The notes beneath the pieces are model-generated. The model was not told the DNA's origin. It was given only the letters and a program-made list of their open reading frames with translations, and made no database searches. DNA of 64,000 nucleotides from an uncultured Verrucomicrobiae bacterium (GTDB lineage: Bacteria > Verrucomicrobiota > Verrucomicrobiia > Chthoniobacterales > Chthoniobacteraceae), in assembly GCA_963828525.1 (NCBI GenBank), contig CAWHEP010000014.1, positions 326,199 through 390,198 of the forward strand. Direction: 5' to 3'. Position numbers and translations under genes: made by a program. This document shows positions 19,835 through 30,235 of this stretch, one piece after another (position 1 is the first letter of the stretch; each line of letters starts with the position of its first letter).

Positions 19835-21175
19835 ATGCGCGCGCTTGTTGTGGATGATGAGAAGAATATCCGAAGGACGTTTACGCTGGCGCTGGAATCG
19901 ATGGGGCACGATGTTTCCTCTGCCGCGAGCGGAGCCGTCGCGCTGCAAGAGTTGCGGCGGGAACCCTTTGACGTGGCGCTCCTCGATCTGAAGCTGAGCG
20001 AGGAGAGCGGACTGGATGTTCTCAGCGACGCCTTAAAGATTTCTCCCCGTCTCGCCGTCATCATGGTCACGGCGTTTGGCTCCATCGAGAGCGCGGTGGA
20101 GGCCATGCGCAGAGGGGCATCGGACTTTTTGACGAAGCCCTGCACACCGGATCAAATACGGCACGTCTTTGCGCGAGTGGAAAAAACCCGCAAGCTGGAG
20201 AACCGGGTGGCGGAACTGGAATCGAGGAACACTCCAGAGTATGCCGATCCAGAGCTTTCCACGAACGCGCCAGCGATGAAGAAAATGCTGGAAATAGCGT
20301 TCAAGGCGGCGGAATCCGACGCGACGATACTGATCCTGGGAGAAAGTGGAACCGGGAAAGGTGTGCTGGCGCGCGCGATGCATCGAAGGAGCCTCCGAAA
20401 GGAGCAGGCTTTCGTCACTGTAAGCTGCCCGAGTCTCTCAAAGGATTTGCTGGAAGGAGAACTTTTTGGCCATGTGAAAGGAGCGTTCACGGGAGCGTTC
20501 TCCGACACGTGGGGGAAAGTGGCCGCCGCCGAACGCGGAACCCTCTTCCTGGATGAGATCGGGGAACTCCCGATTGGGATACAGGCCAAATTGTTGAGGC
20601 TGCTGCAGGAGCGAGAGTACGAAAGGGTGGGGGAGTCGTCGCCGCGTCGCGCGAATGTGCGCGTGATCGCCGCGACCAATCGCGATTTGATCAAGGCGGT
20701 GGCGGCGGGTGAGTTCAGGGAGGATCTCTACTATAGACTGAACGTGATCTCCCTCTCCGTGCCGCCCCTGCGGGAGCGCATGGGCGACCTTGATGACACG
20801 GCGAGAAGTTTGGCGGGCGCGATCTCGGCGCAGGCTGGCAAGGGAGTCGCGGGTATCTCGCCGGACGGATTGCGGGCCCTCGCCGCGTATCACTGGCCGG
20901 GCAATCTGCGCGAACTGCGCAACGTCATTGAACGCGCCGTGATTCTCACGGACAACAAGGTGCTGACGGAGGCTGATCTCAGCGACGTCGCGCGGCCTGC
21001 CTCGGACATTCGCCTGGGCGGAAGGACGACGCTGGAGGCGGTGGAGAATGAGCATATCCGCCGTGTCCTTTCGTCCACCGCAAGCCTGGAAGAGGCCGCT
21101 GAGGTTTTGGGCATTGATCCAGCAACTCTCTATCGCCGGCGCAAGAAGATCACCGAAGCTGCGGCAAGCGGATAA
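19835..21175 (+). CDS. Sigma-54-dependent response regulator (NtrC/AlgB-like: REC-AAA+-Fis HTH)
   Basis: REC domain, GESGTGK, GAFTGA, WPGNLREL and C-terminal LGIDPATLYRR. Confidence 0.95.
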   Translation: MRALVVDDEKNIRRTFTLALESMGHDVSSAASGAVALQELRREPFDVALLDLKLSEESGLDVLSDALKISPRLAVIMVTAFGSIESAVEAMRRGASDFLTKPCTPDQIRHVFARVEKTRKLENRVAELESRNTPEYADPELSTNAPAMKKMLEIAFKAAESDATILILGESGTGKGVLARAMHRRSLRKEQAFVTVSCPSLSKDLLEGELFGHVKGAFTGAFSDTWGKVAAAERGTLFLDEIGELPIGIQAKLLRLLQEREYERVGESSPRRANVRVIAATNRDLIKAVAAGEFREDLYYRLNVISLSVPPLRERMGDLDDTARSLAGAISAQAGKGVAGISPDGLRALAAYHWPGNLRELRNVIERAVILTDNKVLTEADLSDVARPASDIRLGGRTTLEAVENEHIRRVLSSTASLEEAAEVLGIDPATLYRRRKKITEAAASG

Positions 21176-21216
21176 CGCGATCCGCGGCGCCGCTGGACAC
21201 GAGAGGATGCGATTCG

Positions 21217-21258
21217 TGCGAAATGCAAAGTTGGGCGGTCCGCTCCGTGCGGAATGCA
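21217..21258. promoter_or_regulatory. Tandem enhancer sites (TGC-N5-GCA), 31 bp apart
   Basis: TGCGAAATGCA at 21217-21227 and TGCGGAATGCA at 21248-21258. The same pair and spacing recur upstream of kdp. Confidence 0.7.
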
Positions 21259-21339
21259 TGAGCGCGAAAGCTGCGCGGAAGACTGGCGCGCTCTTGCAAG
21301 ATGCTTGCGCCAAGAGAGATGAAGGCCGGCGGAAAGAGG

Positions 21340-21355
21340 CGGCACACAATCCGCT
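21340..21355 (+). promoter_or_regulatory. Sigma-54 (-24/-12) promoter of the sensor kinase operon
   Basis: CGGCACACAATCCGCT, with GG(21341)-N10-GC(21353). Confidence 0.7.
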
Positions 21356-21370
21356 ACGAGGAATCTGGAA

Positions 21371-23167
21371 ATGCTAAGAACGCGGATTCTCCTCGGATTG
21401 GCTCCGCTGCTGATCCTGCTGCTTGCCACAGGCGGGTATGCGGTCGCGCTGTTTTCCAAACTCGGTGGCGCGATCGACGTCATCTTGCGCGAGAACTACC
21501 GGAGTGTCGTGGCGGCGCAATTCATGAAGGAGTCGGCCCAGCGCATGGATGAGGGCCTTGTGTTCACCCTCGCGGGAGAAGAGCAGCGTGGCGAGGCAAC
21601 CTTCAATGAATATCTCCCGATATTCGCCGCCAACCTGGCGGCCGAGGAAAAGAATATAACGATTCCCGGCGAAGGCGATCTGGCGGACAAGGTTAAAAAG
21701 CTCCACGAACAATATGTCCGGCGCGCCAAAGACTTTTTCGCGCTGAAAGACGCCGCGGCTCGGCGCTCGATGTACGCGGACGAAATGGCGCCCGCTTTCA
21801 ATCAAGTGACGGCGACTGCTGGCAGCATTCTGCGCCTGAATCAGGATAACATGGTGGAAGCCAACCGAAAGGCGCGTGAACTAAGCTCGAACTCCACCAA
21901 GTACATGCTTGCGGCGATGGCGGTCGGGCTGGCGGTAGCGCTTTACCTGGCGTTCCAGTTGCAGCGTTCGATTCTCACTCCGATCAAGAACCTGACCGCT
22001 TCCTCGAGAGAGTTGGGAGACGGCAAACTGGATCAGGTCGTTCCAGTTGTCGCCAGGGATGAGCTGGGCCAGCTCGCCGAATCCTTCAACAAAATGGCGT
22101 CCAAGCTCCGCGCCTACCGGCAGGTAACCACGGACGAGATCATGAAAGCCCGGCAAATGACGGAGGTGACCTTCTCCGCGCTGCCCGACGCTATTGTCGC
22201 CTTGTCCCCCGATGGCACCGCCGACTTCCAGAATCCCGCAGCGGAGACCCTGTTCAAAAAGGTCAGCCTGAAGGAGCAGTTGCCCATCCAGATTCGGAAA
22301 CAAGCGGATGATGTATTGAAAGGCGGCGCGGATTTTCTTCCCACCAGCTTCCAGAATGCCTTCTGCTTGCGTGTTGATGATAAGGAGGCTTTTCTGCTGC
22401 CGCGCATCATCGGCATGCGCGGAGACGCCGGCGAGATACTGGGCGCGGTGGTCATCCTCCAGGATGTAACCCGGTTCCGATTGCTCGATGAGGTTAAAAC
22501 AAATCTCGTTTCAACAGTCAGTCATGAACTGAAGACGCCGCTTACCAGTGTTCGGATGGGCCTCCATCTCCTCCTGGAGGAGCAGATCGGGGCGCTCAAC
22601 GCAAAACAGACAGAGCTGGTGCTGGCTGCCCGGGATGATTCCGAACGCCTGCTGCGCATGATCAATGACCTGCTGGATCTCGCCTGCCTGGAATCCGGCG
22701 GCGCGCCAATCGCGCGGACGCCGGAATCCCCGGCCAGGCTTGTTTCGCAATCCATCTCAGCCATGCAGGACGCGTTGGAACCCTTCCGGGTCCGGCTGGT
22801 CGCGGACGCGAGTCCGGATCTGCCCGATGTCGCCGTGGAAGGCTGGCGAATGTCACATGTCTTTTCCAACCTCATCTCAAACGCCGCAAAGCATTCTCCG
22901 CCTGGCGAGGAGATTACAATCCGCGCCGCCCGGGAGAATGGCTCGGGCGTTCGTTTCTCCGTGATCGATAAAGGGCGCGGCATCCCGGAGCAGTATCAAG
23001 CGAGGTTGTTTGAGAAATTCTTCAGGGTGCCCGGCGCTGAGAAGGGGGGCGCCGGCCTCGGCCTCGCCATTGCGCGTGAAATCGTGATCGCGCATGGCGG
23101 GAACATAGGGGTGAAAAGCCAGCCGGGGAAAGGCACGGAGTTCTACTTCGTTCTTCCCGCTTCCTGA
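21371..23167 (+). CDS. Membrane sensor histidine kinase (periplasmic helical sensor, HAMP, PAS-like, HisKA, HATPase; KinB-like)
   Basis: Two TM segments, DELGQLAESFN HAMP, VSHELKTPL H-box, NLISNAAK and GAGLGL. Confidence 0.93.
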   Translation: MLRTRILLGLAPLLILLLATGGYAVALFSKLGGAIDVILRENYRSVVAAQFMKESAQRMDEGLVFTLAGEEQRGEATFNEYLPIFAANLAAEEKNITIPGEGDLADKVKKLHEQYVRRAKDFFALKDAAARRSMYADEMAPAFNQVTATAGSILRLNQDNMVEANRKARELSSNSTKYMLAAMAVGLAVALYLAFQLQRSILTPIKNLTASSRELGDGKLDQVVPVVARDELGQLAESFNKMASKLRAYRQVTTDEIMKARQMTEVTFSALPDAIVALSPDGTADFQNPAAETLFKKVSLKEQLPIQIRKQADDVLKGGADFLPTSFQNAFCLRVDDKEAFLLPRIIGMRGDAGEILGAVVILQDVTRFRLLDEVKTNLVSTVSHELKTPLTSVRMGLHLLLEEQIGALNAKQTELVLAARDDSERLLRMINDLLDLACLESGGAPIARTPESPARLVSQSISAMQDALEPFRVRLVADASPDLPDVAVEGWRMSHVFSNLISNAAKHSPPGEEITIRAARENGSGVRFSVIDKGRGIPEQYQARLFEKFFRVPGAEKGGAGLGLAIAREIVIAHGGNIGVKSQPGKGTEFYFVLPAS

Positions 23168-23177
23168 TAGGAGACCA

Positions 23178-23891
23178 ATGACCAAGCATATTCTTATTGT
23201 GGATGACGAACCAAACGTTCGAATGACCTACCGTGTCGCCCTGGAGACCGAGGGGTTTATAACGCATGAGGCCGATTCAGGAATCCGCGCTCTCGAAATA
23301 GGTTTGTCGCGGCACCTTGACGTGGCAATTCTCGATATGAGGATGCCTGAGATGGACGGGCTTCAGCTTCTGGAAGCGATGCGGGATCGTGACGTCAGGA
23401 CTCCCGTCATCATCATCACCGCCTACGCGGACGTGCCTAACGCGGTCAAAGCGATGAAGCTCGGGGCGATTGACTTCCTTCAGAAGCCGCTGACGCCCGG
23501 GCAGTTGCGGGCTATCGTTCACGACGTGCTTGAGCGGCACGAGATAGGCGGCGAACGGATCGTCAAAAAGGACTTCGATTACTTCATACGCGCCGTGAAA
23601 AGAGCGATCAATCTTCGCGACTTCGCGATGGCGAAAAAGAATATCATCCGCGCGCTGGAGATCGACGAGAAGTCGCCTGAAGCATTGAACCTCGCGGGAG
23701 TGATGATCGAGATGCGGGACGATTACGATCGCGCGAAGAAATACTATGGGGCCGCCATCAAACAGGACAGCAACTACGCTCCCGCGCAGCAGAACATGCG
23801 ACGCATTTACGAGCTGTTCCATTTTGGCTCCAGCAAGGAGCCATATAATCTAGGGAAGGCGGACGAAGCTGAACGCGGAGAATCTGTTTAA
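23178..23891 (+). CDS. Response regulator with a C-terminal TPR-like region and no DNA-binding domain
   Basis: LIVDDE, LDMRMP and FLQKP motifs; C-terminal ALEIDEKSPEALNLAGV..YDRAKKYY TPR pattern. Confidence 0.85.
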   Translation: MTKHILIVDDEPNVRMTYRVALETEGFITHEADSGIRALEIGLSRHLDVAILDMRMPEMDGLQLLEAMRDRDVRTPVIIITAYADVPNAVKAMKLGAIDFLQKPLTPGQLRAIVHDVLERHEIGGERIVKKDFDYFIRAVKRAINLRDFAMAKKNIIRALEIDEKSPEALNLAGVMIEMRDDYDRAKKYYGAAIKQDSNYAPAQQNMRRIYELFHFGSSKEPYNLGKADEAERGESV

Positions 23892-23916
23892 GCTGCGAGA
23901 GGGGAATTTTAACGTA

Positions 23917-24191
23917 GAGACGCTGAGGCGCGGAGTAGGGAGGTTTTTTTGCACCACGGATTTCGCGGATTTTTTGGATGGGGACGATGCGCAATTTCGG
24001 AGGCAGTTGCGTGCCCAAGCGCAGCTTGGGAACGAGGCCGCAGAGGGGAGACGTCTCGCGCAAGGGCGCGGAGGACGCAAAGGAAGAGAAGAGGTTTTAA
24101 CTCGGATGGCGCGGAGTTTCACGGATGCTGGAGGTATTTCATCTGTGCTGGAACGATGCTGTCTGTCAAGAAATGCAGGCTGACCCCCAAA
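23917..24191 (+). repeat. Composite repeat copy A (left part missing)
   Basis: Near-identical to the right ~275 bp of copies B-E; ends TGTCAAGAAATGCAGGCTGACCCCC. Confidence 0.9.
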
Positions 24192-24925
24192 CGCGAGGGG
24201 GGCAGGCGATCCCCCGCCAACTGGCGCTTCGCTATCAGTTGATGGTTCTCTACTCCGACCATTGTGCGCAGCGACTTTAAAGCGCTCAAGAAATTCATCG
24301 GCGTCCCTCTCAGCGACAGCGAACAACACATTGCCAGAAAAAGACCGCCTCATCGCGCGTTCGCAATCCATTGCGTTGGCGACCTTAGGCTTGTGTGGAT
24401 AGTCCTCAAAGCATACCAGTGCGTCCGAGAGACGATATATAACCGCAAAATGGAAACGCCAGCGTGGAAGGCCAGTTGCACTATAGCGGGTGAAGCGGCG
24501 GTAGCAAGGTTTAGTACATCACCTAATTCAGCGTTTTTTACGCAGAACGATCGAACGCCGCACGTTTTCAATGTTCTCCGAATATCGGAGAAGGACATTT
24601 CGCCCGACATGTCATCTCCGCATCCCATTATCGGGAGAATCTCATTCAGGTTTACCGTCTTATGTAGATCGTGCATCACCTGAACGACCGAGTTTACGCC
24701 GCAGTTCGAAACATACGTAAGCGGGGAGGAACCGACTGGTGTTTCACTGCGCACGGATGTCCATGCACATACTAAGAAGCATAAAAGTGGGCCGCATGTT
24801 CTGTAAGCCGCTGAACGCTGGCGGAGCCGTGACGTGTGCCGTCGCCTTTCCACTTGCAGTAATGGTGGAAGCCTACCACTCAGAAGAATCGCTTCCGGAT
24901 GACGCTCACAAGGGATAGCCATCAT
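24192..24925 (-). pseudogene. Peptidase C39-like protein; -1 indel near 24455, and the corrected frame runs into the repeat
   Basis: SNCGVNS (catalytic Cys), MSFSDIRRTLKTCG and PAIVQL. The shifted frame gives FHFAVIY...FEDYP...SFSGNVLF (His/Asp). Confidence 0.7.
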
Positions 24926-25909
24926 TTTCCAGAGTTGATATCCTTTAGAACATCGCCAGGCGACCTTCCAATAATTAAGGAAGTTCCGAACCGTTTATCT
25001 TCCACATGACAGCCGACCTTCAAAGGTAGGGCGAAAGCATCGTCGCCGAGAGGAAGATTGGCCTTAAAATTGCTTCCTGCAAAAGCAATCCGCGCACGGG
25101 GGATTTGTGCCGAATATTTCGTCACGGTAGCAGAGATTGGCATCCAAATGCGGGGAGCAATCTCCCGAATCTGGTCTATTTCATACGACAGCTTTCGCGA
25201 GCCCACAATGGACTCTCGCTTTACTAGGCTAAAGTCACGCGTTGGGTCCAACCAGAGGGTATCGGTTTCACCATCCACCCCCTTCGGCGAGGTCTTGACT
25301 ACGATGTCCGGACTTCCCTTCGTAGGATCTTTCCAAATACTTATATCGAATCCCTTCAATCCGGCCCGGCGAGAGCATTTGAAGGAGAGTCACAGACCCA
25401 GACCCAGCAAGGCGCGCATAGCCGATGGCAAACTCCTCGCCGGTTATGGACCGCGGACCAATGTGCTTTTCCGCAAGTCCGTCATAAATGGTGGCGCTCA
25501 AGTAGGGAATCGCATGGTCCTTGGGTCCTTGCTTCTCGATGGCTTCGACGCTGTAACTCCCGTTGTATACGAAGGTCTTGTATATTTCGTAAAATGGGGA
25601 GGCTCCATGATCCCACTTCATGACCTGGGGCTGGTACTGAATCTTGATTTTCGATCCAGCCAAGCCGTCGAGTAGCACATGAAGCGAGTCCTCACCGTCC
25701 GGGCTCCATGTGCTCGTTGGAACGTCCCATCTCTCGCTTTTCACCGATACATCATAGCTGAGCGAGTGGCGCTGGTCGTCCACCGCCCCCAAGGCCCGGC
25801 GAAGGGCGTCCAAGCTAAAAGCGTCCTTCTGTGGAAGAGTCTCGGCACTGAGGAGACAGGGAAACAGCAGAAGACATATAACGATTCTGTAGCACATTGA
25901 GGATTGCAT
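24922..25909 (-). pseudogene. Secreted LolA-like/lipoprotein-sorting-fold hypothetical protein 2; +1 indel near 25365
   Basis: Signal peptide MCYRIVICLLLFPCLLSA. ORFs 25268-25909 and 24922-25359 join on one-base removal. WLDPTRDFSLVKRE, WMP and NLPLGDDAF patterns. Confidence 0.6.
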
Positions 25910-25936
25910 AGTGGTAATCTGTTATTCGGCGCGACC

Positions 25937-26164
25937 TCAGCCCCCCAGTCCGGGACCAGGTGCATAGACGTCGTTGCAGTCGTCGCCGGACCCAACCTTC
26001 CGACTTCCGGATACATAGGCGCTTGTATCTCCGCTTTGAGGCTTATTGCTGGAACCCGCGCCGAGCAAAGCACTCTTCGCCCACAAAGAAAGGAACAGCG
26101 CAAGAGTGCCGAACACCAGCAGGCGCGCAGACGTTTGCGCCCTGTTGCTACTTGTTACCGTCAT
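25937..26164 (-). CDS. Small secreted peptide 2
   Basis: Hydrophobic signal, then NKPQSGDTSAYVSGSRKVGSGDDC. Overlaps the upstream stop. The 3' end is uncertain because of a G6 run. Confidence 0.5.
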   Translation of the reverse strand: MTVTSSNRAQTSARLLVFGTLALFLSLWAKSALLGAGSSNKPQSGDTSAYVSGSRKVGSGDDCNDVYAPGPGLGG

Positions 26165-27093
26165 GAACTATGGGTATCGAGACGTCATCGTCACCATCGT
26201 AGATCTCATTAGCGAGCGTGGGATTTATTGTAAACTTCACGCCGGCAATGGAAGGGTTGAGCTGCGCATCCAGAACCTCCACTTTGACATCAGAACTGAC
26301 GTTTCCGCCATTGTCATACCAACGCATTCGGGACACCTTCGGAAATGGCACAAGCTTCTCCCGATCTAGGTAGCCGATTTGGAGGACTTCATATTGTTCG
26401 GTCATTTGTCCCGATGACGAGGTGCGTTGCCATCGGACGGGATAGAATCCGAGATGAGTGTCAAGCCAGACCCGCATCACGAACGGACGAACCACATTAC
26501 CGGGATGCGTAGCCTCGCCAACCTCCATTTCCACGCGGCCATCGGAATCCGCGTTCGCAGCAGTGACCAGACGGGCCACCTTCGCCACTGTCGTCCACTG
26601 GGCAGGGCTCTTAAACTCGCTCAACGTTAGCGTGGTGCCAGGACGGGTGTATTTGCTTGCGAAGACAAATGCAAACGGTTCGGTGAAAACCGCTTCACCG
26701 TCCATTGTCAGACAGGAGAATTTCCCCTTATGCACGGCGAGCAGCCTGTTATTGTGCCTTAAAAGATCTTCGGATCGGGCTCCATCGTATGTGTAGTGCT
26801 CACTATACGTAACCACACCAGTCGACTCCTTTTGTATATAGTCGTAATAGATTTTGTCACCTTGGAGGCCGGTACTCCAACTCAGCGACCTTCGCGTAAG
26901 CGCTCCCGCTCTTGTCGTATGCTTCGACCGTTGCCGAACAGGAAAGCGACGCAATCTTGTCGAAGTACGACTTGCACTTCGCTACTTCCGCAATGACACC
27001 GCCGGATTGAGCAAGAAGCGGATAATTGTAGAAAAGAAGCGAAACGACGACTGCGCCGAGGCGCGCCCATTGTCGCCTTGTTATGATGTTCAT
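26148..27093 (-). pseudogene. Secreted LolA-like hypothetical protein 1; +1 indel near 26868
   Basis: Signal MNIITRRQWARLGAVVVSLLF. One-base removal gives ELEYRLQGDKIYYD, joining two ORFs. VWLDTHLGFYPVRW and NPSIAGVKF patterns. Confidence 0.6.
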
Positions 27094-27423
27094 CAAGGTA
27101 CCTTACACACTTTTTTGCAATCTTGCTGGTTCGCCACCTGCTTTCCAGCGGTCTTTCCGCAGTCCATCTGTTGTCCACCCTGCTTTCGCGTTCCGCAAGA
27201 CTTGATTAGGTATGTAGGTTCCGGCCGGATCTGGCTTGTTCACATCTGCGATCCAGTGCCGGTTGCCAGTTGGAGAATAGCATCCATTGTTTCCTTTGTC
27301 GTAGCATTCCTCAGAGTTGTGGTCAGGGAAGCAGGAAACGTCGCCGGAGCGTGCAGCGATGGGAGCCCACGCGACTGTGAGGGCGAGGCAGAAAGCGACA
27401 GAAGTGTGATTTGCGAGTTTCAT
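27093..27423 (-). CDS. Small secreted Cys-rich peptide 1 (probable +1 indel at 27205-27230)
   Basis: Signal MKLANHTSVAFCLALTVAWAPIAA. The shifted frame gives LIKSCGTRKQGGQQMDCGKTAGKQVANQQDCKKVCKVP-stop with a TGATG overlap onto the next ATG. Confidence 0.55.
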
Positions 27424-27488
27424 AGGTTGGTGTGGTGTGTTCTTGTTTTGTGTTTGGCTGGTCATCGGGTGAATGGTACGGCATTGCA

Positions 27489-27739
27489 TCAAAGCGGAGG
27501 CAGGAGGACACCAAGCAGGGAGCCATCTCTGCCGTAGTCTATTTGCCACAGCGTGCGCTGGCCCTCCATGACTTTTGTCATCCGTCCGTTTCGGTAGATC
27601 ATCATTTTTCCGTTGCTTAAAACAAACAGAGTCTCCCCTCGTTCGTCGTAGTCCACTTTGTATGTAGTATGGAACGCGCCGCCGTTGCGGTTCTGGCGCA
27701 CCGAGCGAAGCCGCCCCGCGAACGCGCCTGATTTTTCCA
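27489..27739 (-). pseudogene. 3' fragment of a YD/RHS-repeat-like gene, cut at the repeat edge
   Basis: Frame is open up to repeat B: GRLRSV..YKVDYDERG..YRNGRMTKV..WQIDYGRDG. Confidence 0.5.
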
Positions 27740-28131
27740 GGGGTCAGGCTGCATGTTTCAACAGCGCGATCCGCTGTGGAGCCCGCTGTCCCAAGTAGTT
27801 ATCGACTACGATACGCAGGTCAATACCGCTCCGGTCCCTATGGCTCTTGATGAATGACGGAGACGCTGAGGTGCGCGGTCGGGAGGTTTTTTTGCACCAC
27901 GGATTTCGCGGATTTTTTGGATGGGGACGATGCGCAATTTCGGAGGCAGTTGCGTGCCCAAGCGCAGCTTGGGAACGAGGCCGCAGAGGGGAGACGTCTC
28001 GCGCAAAGGCGCGGAGGACGCAAAGGAAGAGAAGAGGTTTTAACTCGGATGGCGCGGAGTTTCACGGATGCTGGAGGTATTTCATCTGTGCTGGAACGAT
28101 GCTGTCTGTCAAGAAATGCAGGCTGACCCCC
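27740..28131 (+). repeat. Composite repeat copy B (full length, terminal inverted repeats)
   Basis: GGGGTCAGGCTGCATGTTTCAACA ... TGTCAAGAAATGCAGGCTGACCCC. Confidence 0.92.
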
Positions 28132-28138
28132 AAAGAAA

Positions 28139-28480
28139 GACCCTATGGCTCTTGAGAATGACGGAGACGCTGAGGCGCGCCGAGTCGGGAGGCTTGTTTG
28201 CACGCAAGGATGCGCGGAGGACGTGGAAGGAGGACGAGGCGTAATGTTCGGATGGCGCGGAGTTTCGCGGATGCTCGAGCGTAGCTTGCGATCTGAGGCT
28301 GAGAAGGGATGACTGTCTGCGCAAGAAGCGCAGAGCTGACCCCAAAGGAGCAGCAGACAGAAATGCAGGTCTGACCTCAGAAGGACGCAGCAGCCGTGTA
28401 ACGGATTTTCCAGGAACTTTACCATGTGCAGGAGACGATGCAATGTCTGTCCCGAAATGCAGACTTGACCGCTAAAGGAC
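28139..28480 (+). repeat. Degenerate or scrambled repeat remnants
   Basis: Restarts CCCTATGGCTCTTGA..ACGGAGACGCTGAGG, followed by three imperfect right-end motifs near 28321, 28358 and 28454. Confidence 0.65.
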
Positions 28481-28632
28481 CGTCTTCGCGACCGCCGCCG
28501 GACACGCAACACATCACGCGGCAGCGCGGAGATCGGGCGTGTCCGCGCTCAGCACGTAGTCCAGCTTGCGCGTGACGGCCTCCATAACTCGCCGACGGAC
28601 GGCGGGGGCGAAGGATTTTAGGGCGGAGGTGT

Positions 28633-29919
28633 TCACGACAGAAGTTCCTGCTGGGCGCCCATGGCAGTCGCGGGGCGTTCCTTGGCCGCCGTGAATTCCT
28701 CCATGAGCGGGAGGTCCGGAAAGTATTCTGCCATCTGCTCCCGAAACTCGGGTTCATTGAGCATGTCGTAGGTGACGTCCTTGAAGACGGTCTCCACCTT
28801 CATCTTGCCGACCTTCCCCGCTGGGGTTCCGAACGCCTTGAGCAAATCCTCGAGCACATACCACCGCACGCGCTTCGGTTCGGGATGCGAGCCGAGCTTT
28901 TTCCGCCATCGTTCCGGCAAGTCCGCGAGCACCTCGTCGAGGATCTCGTCGGCGAGCTGCTCGGCGGTCTGCTGGAACCCCTCGGCCAGTTTTGCTTCAA
29001 CGCTTTTCGCGAACTTTTCCACCTTCGCCTGGAGCGATTCGATGTCCTTGGTGAATTCGGCCTTCCTCGCGCGCTCGATCACGGTTCCCACGCCTTTCAC
29101 TGGACGGAGAAATTTCTCGTGAATCTTCTCCCGGTCCGTGAAGAGCGTTTCTTGCGAGAGAGTTTTGTCAGTGACCAAAGCGTCATTGTTGTCCAACAGT
29201 CTGATGCTATTTTCGATCTTCCTGGAAAGTGCCGGATTTTTTTTCAGCACATGGATGAGATGCTTCGGAAGCTGGGCCTTGTGCTCCGACAGCTTGCAAC
29301 CGCCGAGCTTGAATTCCACGAATTGCACGCGGGCGTTGTAAACATTCACCGCGCGGGCGAGATCGAAGTTCTTCGGCGGATTTTTGGCGAGATCCTCCGT
29401 GACGCCTTTCAGCTTTTCCTTGCTGAGCGGCTCTAACCCGAGTTTCCGCTGCGTGATGCCCTCGTCGCCACTGCCGAGTTCAGCCGCCAATGATTCAGGA
29501 GGGCGAGAGAGCACAATTCCATTCGCCTTCGGTTGCGAGGGCGCGAGGGGCGTGACCTGTGAAGATTCGGCGGGAGGCGCTTCCAACTGGCGCGGTGTGG
29601 GACTGAAGACAAAAGTCTGCTGGTCCACGATGAACACACAAATGCGGATGCCAGGCTCCTGTCCAAGCGCTTCCCCCTGTTTCGCTGCCGCGTCCTGAAG
29701 AATCTGAATGCCTTCCAAAGACCCGTAGCCGATCCGGCAAATCTCCGGATCGACATCGAGGATAACTGTTACGCGATCACGCCCCAACTTTTCCCACGCC
29801 GCGGCCACGGCTTCCGCGACTGGAGGCCATACGCCAGGAGAAATCAGTACAACCCGCTCGCTCGCGCGGCCGATCGCGCTGATCAGCAATTCATCGGTGA
29901 TGGGCTGGATGGCGGGCAT
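28633..29919 (-). CDS. Hypothetical protein: N-terminal PLD-like fold (no canonical HKD) plus helical C-terminus
   Basis: Intact 428-aa ORF. AIGRASERVVLISPG..VTVILD..IRICVFIVD pattern resembles PLD-like domains. Confidence 0.65.
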   Translation of the reverse strand: MPAIQPITDELLISAIGRASERVVLISPGVWPPVAEAVAAAWEKLGRDRVTVILDVDPEICRIGYGSLEGIQILQDAAAKQGEALGQEPGIRICVFIVDQQTFVFSPTPRQLEAPPAESSQVTPLAPSQPKANGIVLSRPPESLAAELGSGDEGITQRKLGLEPLSKEKLKGVTEDLAKNPPKNFDLARAVNVYNARVQFVEFKLGGCKLSEHKAQLPKHLIHVLKKNPALSRKIENSIRLLDNNDALVTDKTLSQETLFTDREKIHEKFLRPVKGVGTVIERARKAEFTKDIESLQAKVEKFAKSVEAKLAEGFQQTAEQLADEILDEVLADLPERWRKKLGSHPEPKRVRWYVLEDLLKAFGTPAGKVGKMKVETVFKDVTYDMLNEPEFREQMAEYFPDLPLMEEFTAAKERPATAMGAQQELLS

Positions 29920-29935
29920 CAGAGGCTGGAGCTTT

Positions 29936-30235
29936 TCATGCCGGGAAGTAGGTCTGAATCGCCGAGCGAAGCGCGGAGGGCTTGAGTCCGTCGGAGATGG
30001 TGTTTTTCAACGAAGCCTGAATGCCTGCCCACTCAGGAGAATCCTCCGGGAACTCCCCAAGAAACTTGGTTACGTCAGCGACTATGGAGCCGGGGAGTTC
30101 TGGACCCGGCTCTCCCGGCAGTGTAGCAGCGAGGCGGAAAACGTCGCTCTTGTGTTTGGCGATATTCTTTGAGTCGATATTTTCGCCCGCGGCCTTGCGC
30201 TGGCTGAGGTCCCGGTGGGACGATAAACTCATCAA
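29936..30235 (-). pseudogene. C-terminal fragment of a conserved nucleotidyltransferase-like (type IV TA/AbiEii-like) gene
   Basis: DLSQRKAAGENIDSKNIAKHKSDVFRL resembles the C-terminus of a widespread family (recalled, not searched). Protein-like sequence begins abruptly near 30211. Confidence 0.45.

Noticed and set aside
21284..21299. Sigma-54-like TGGCGCGCTCTTGCA
   Set aside because: Spacing is GG-N9-GC, one base short. The site at 21340 has correct spacing and matches the kdp promoter.
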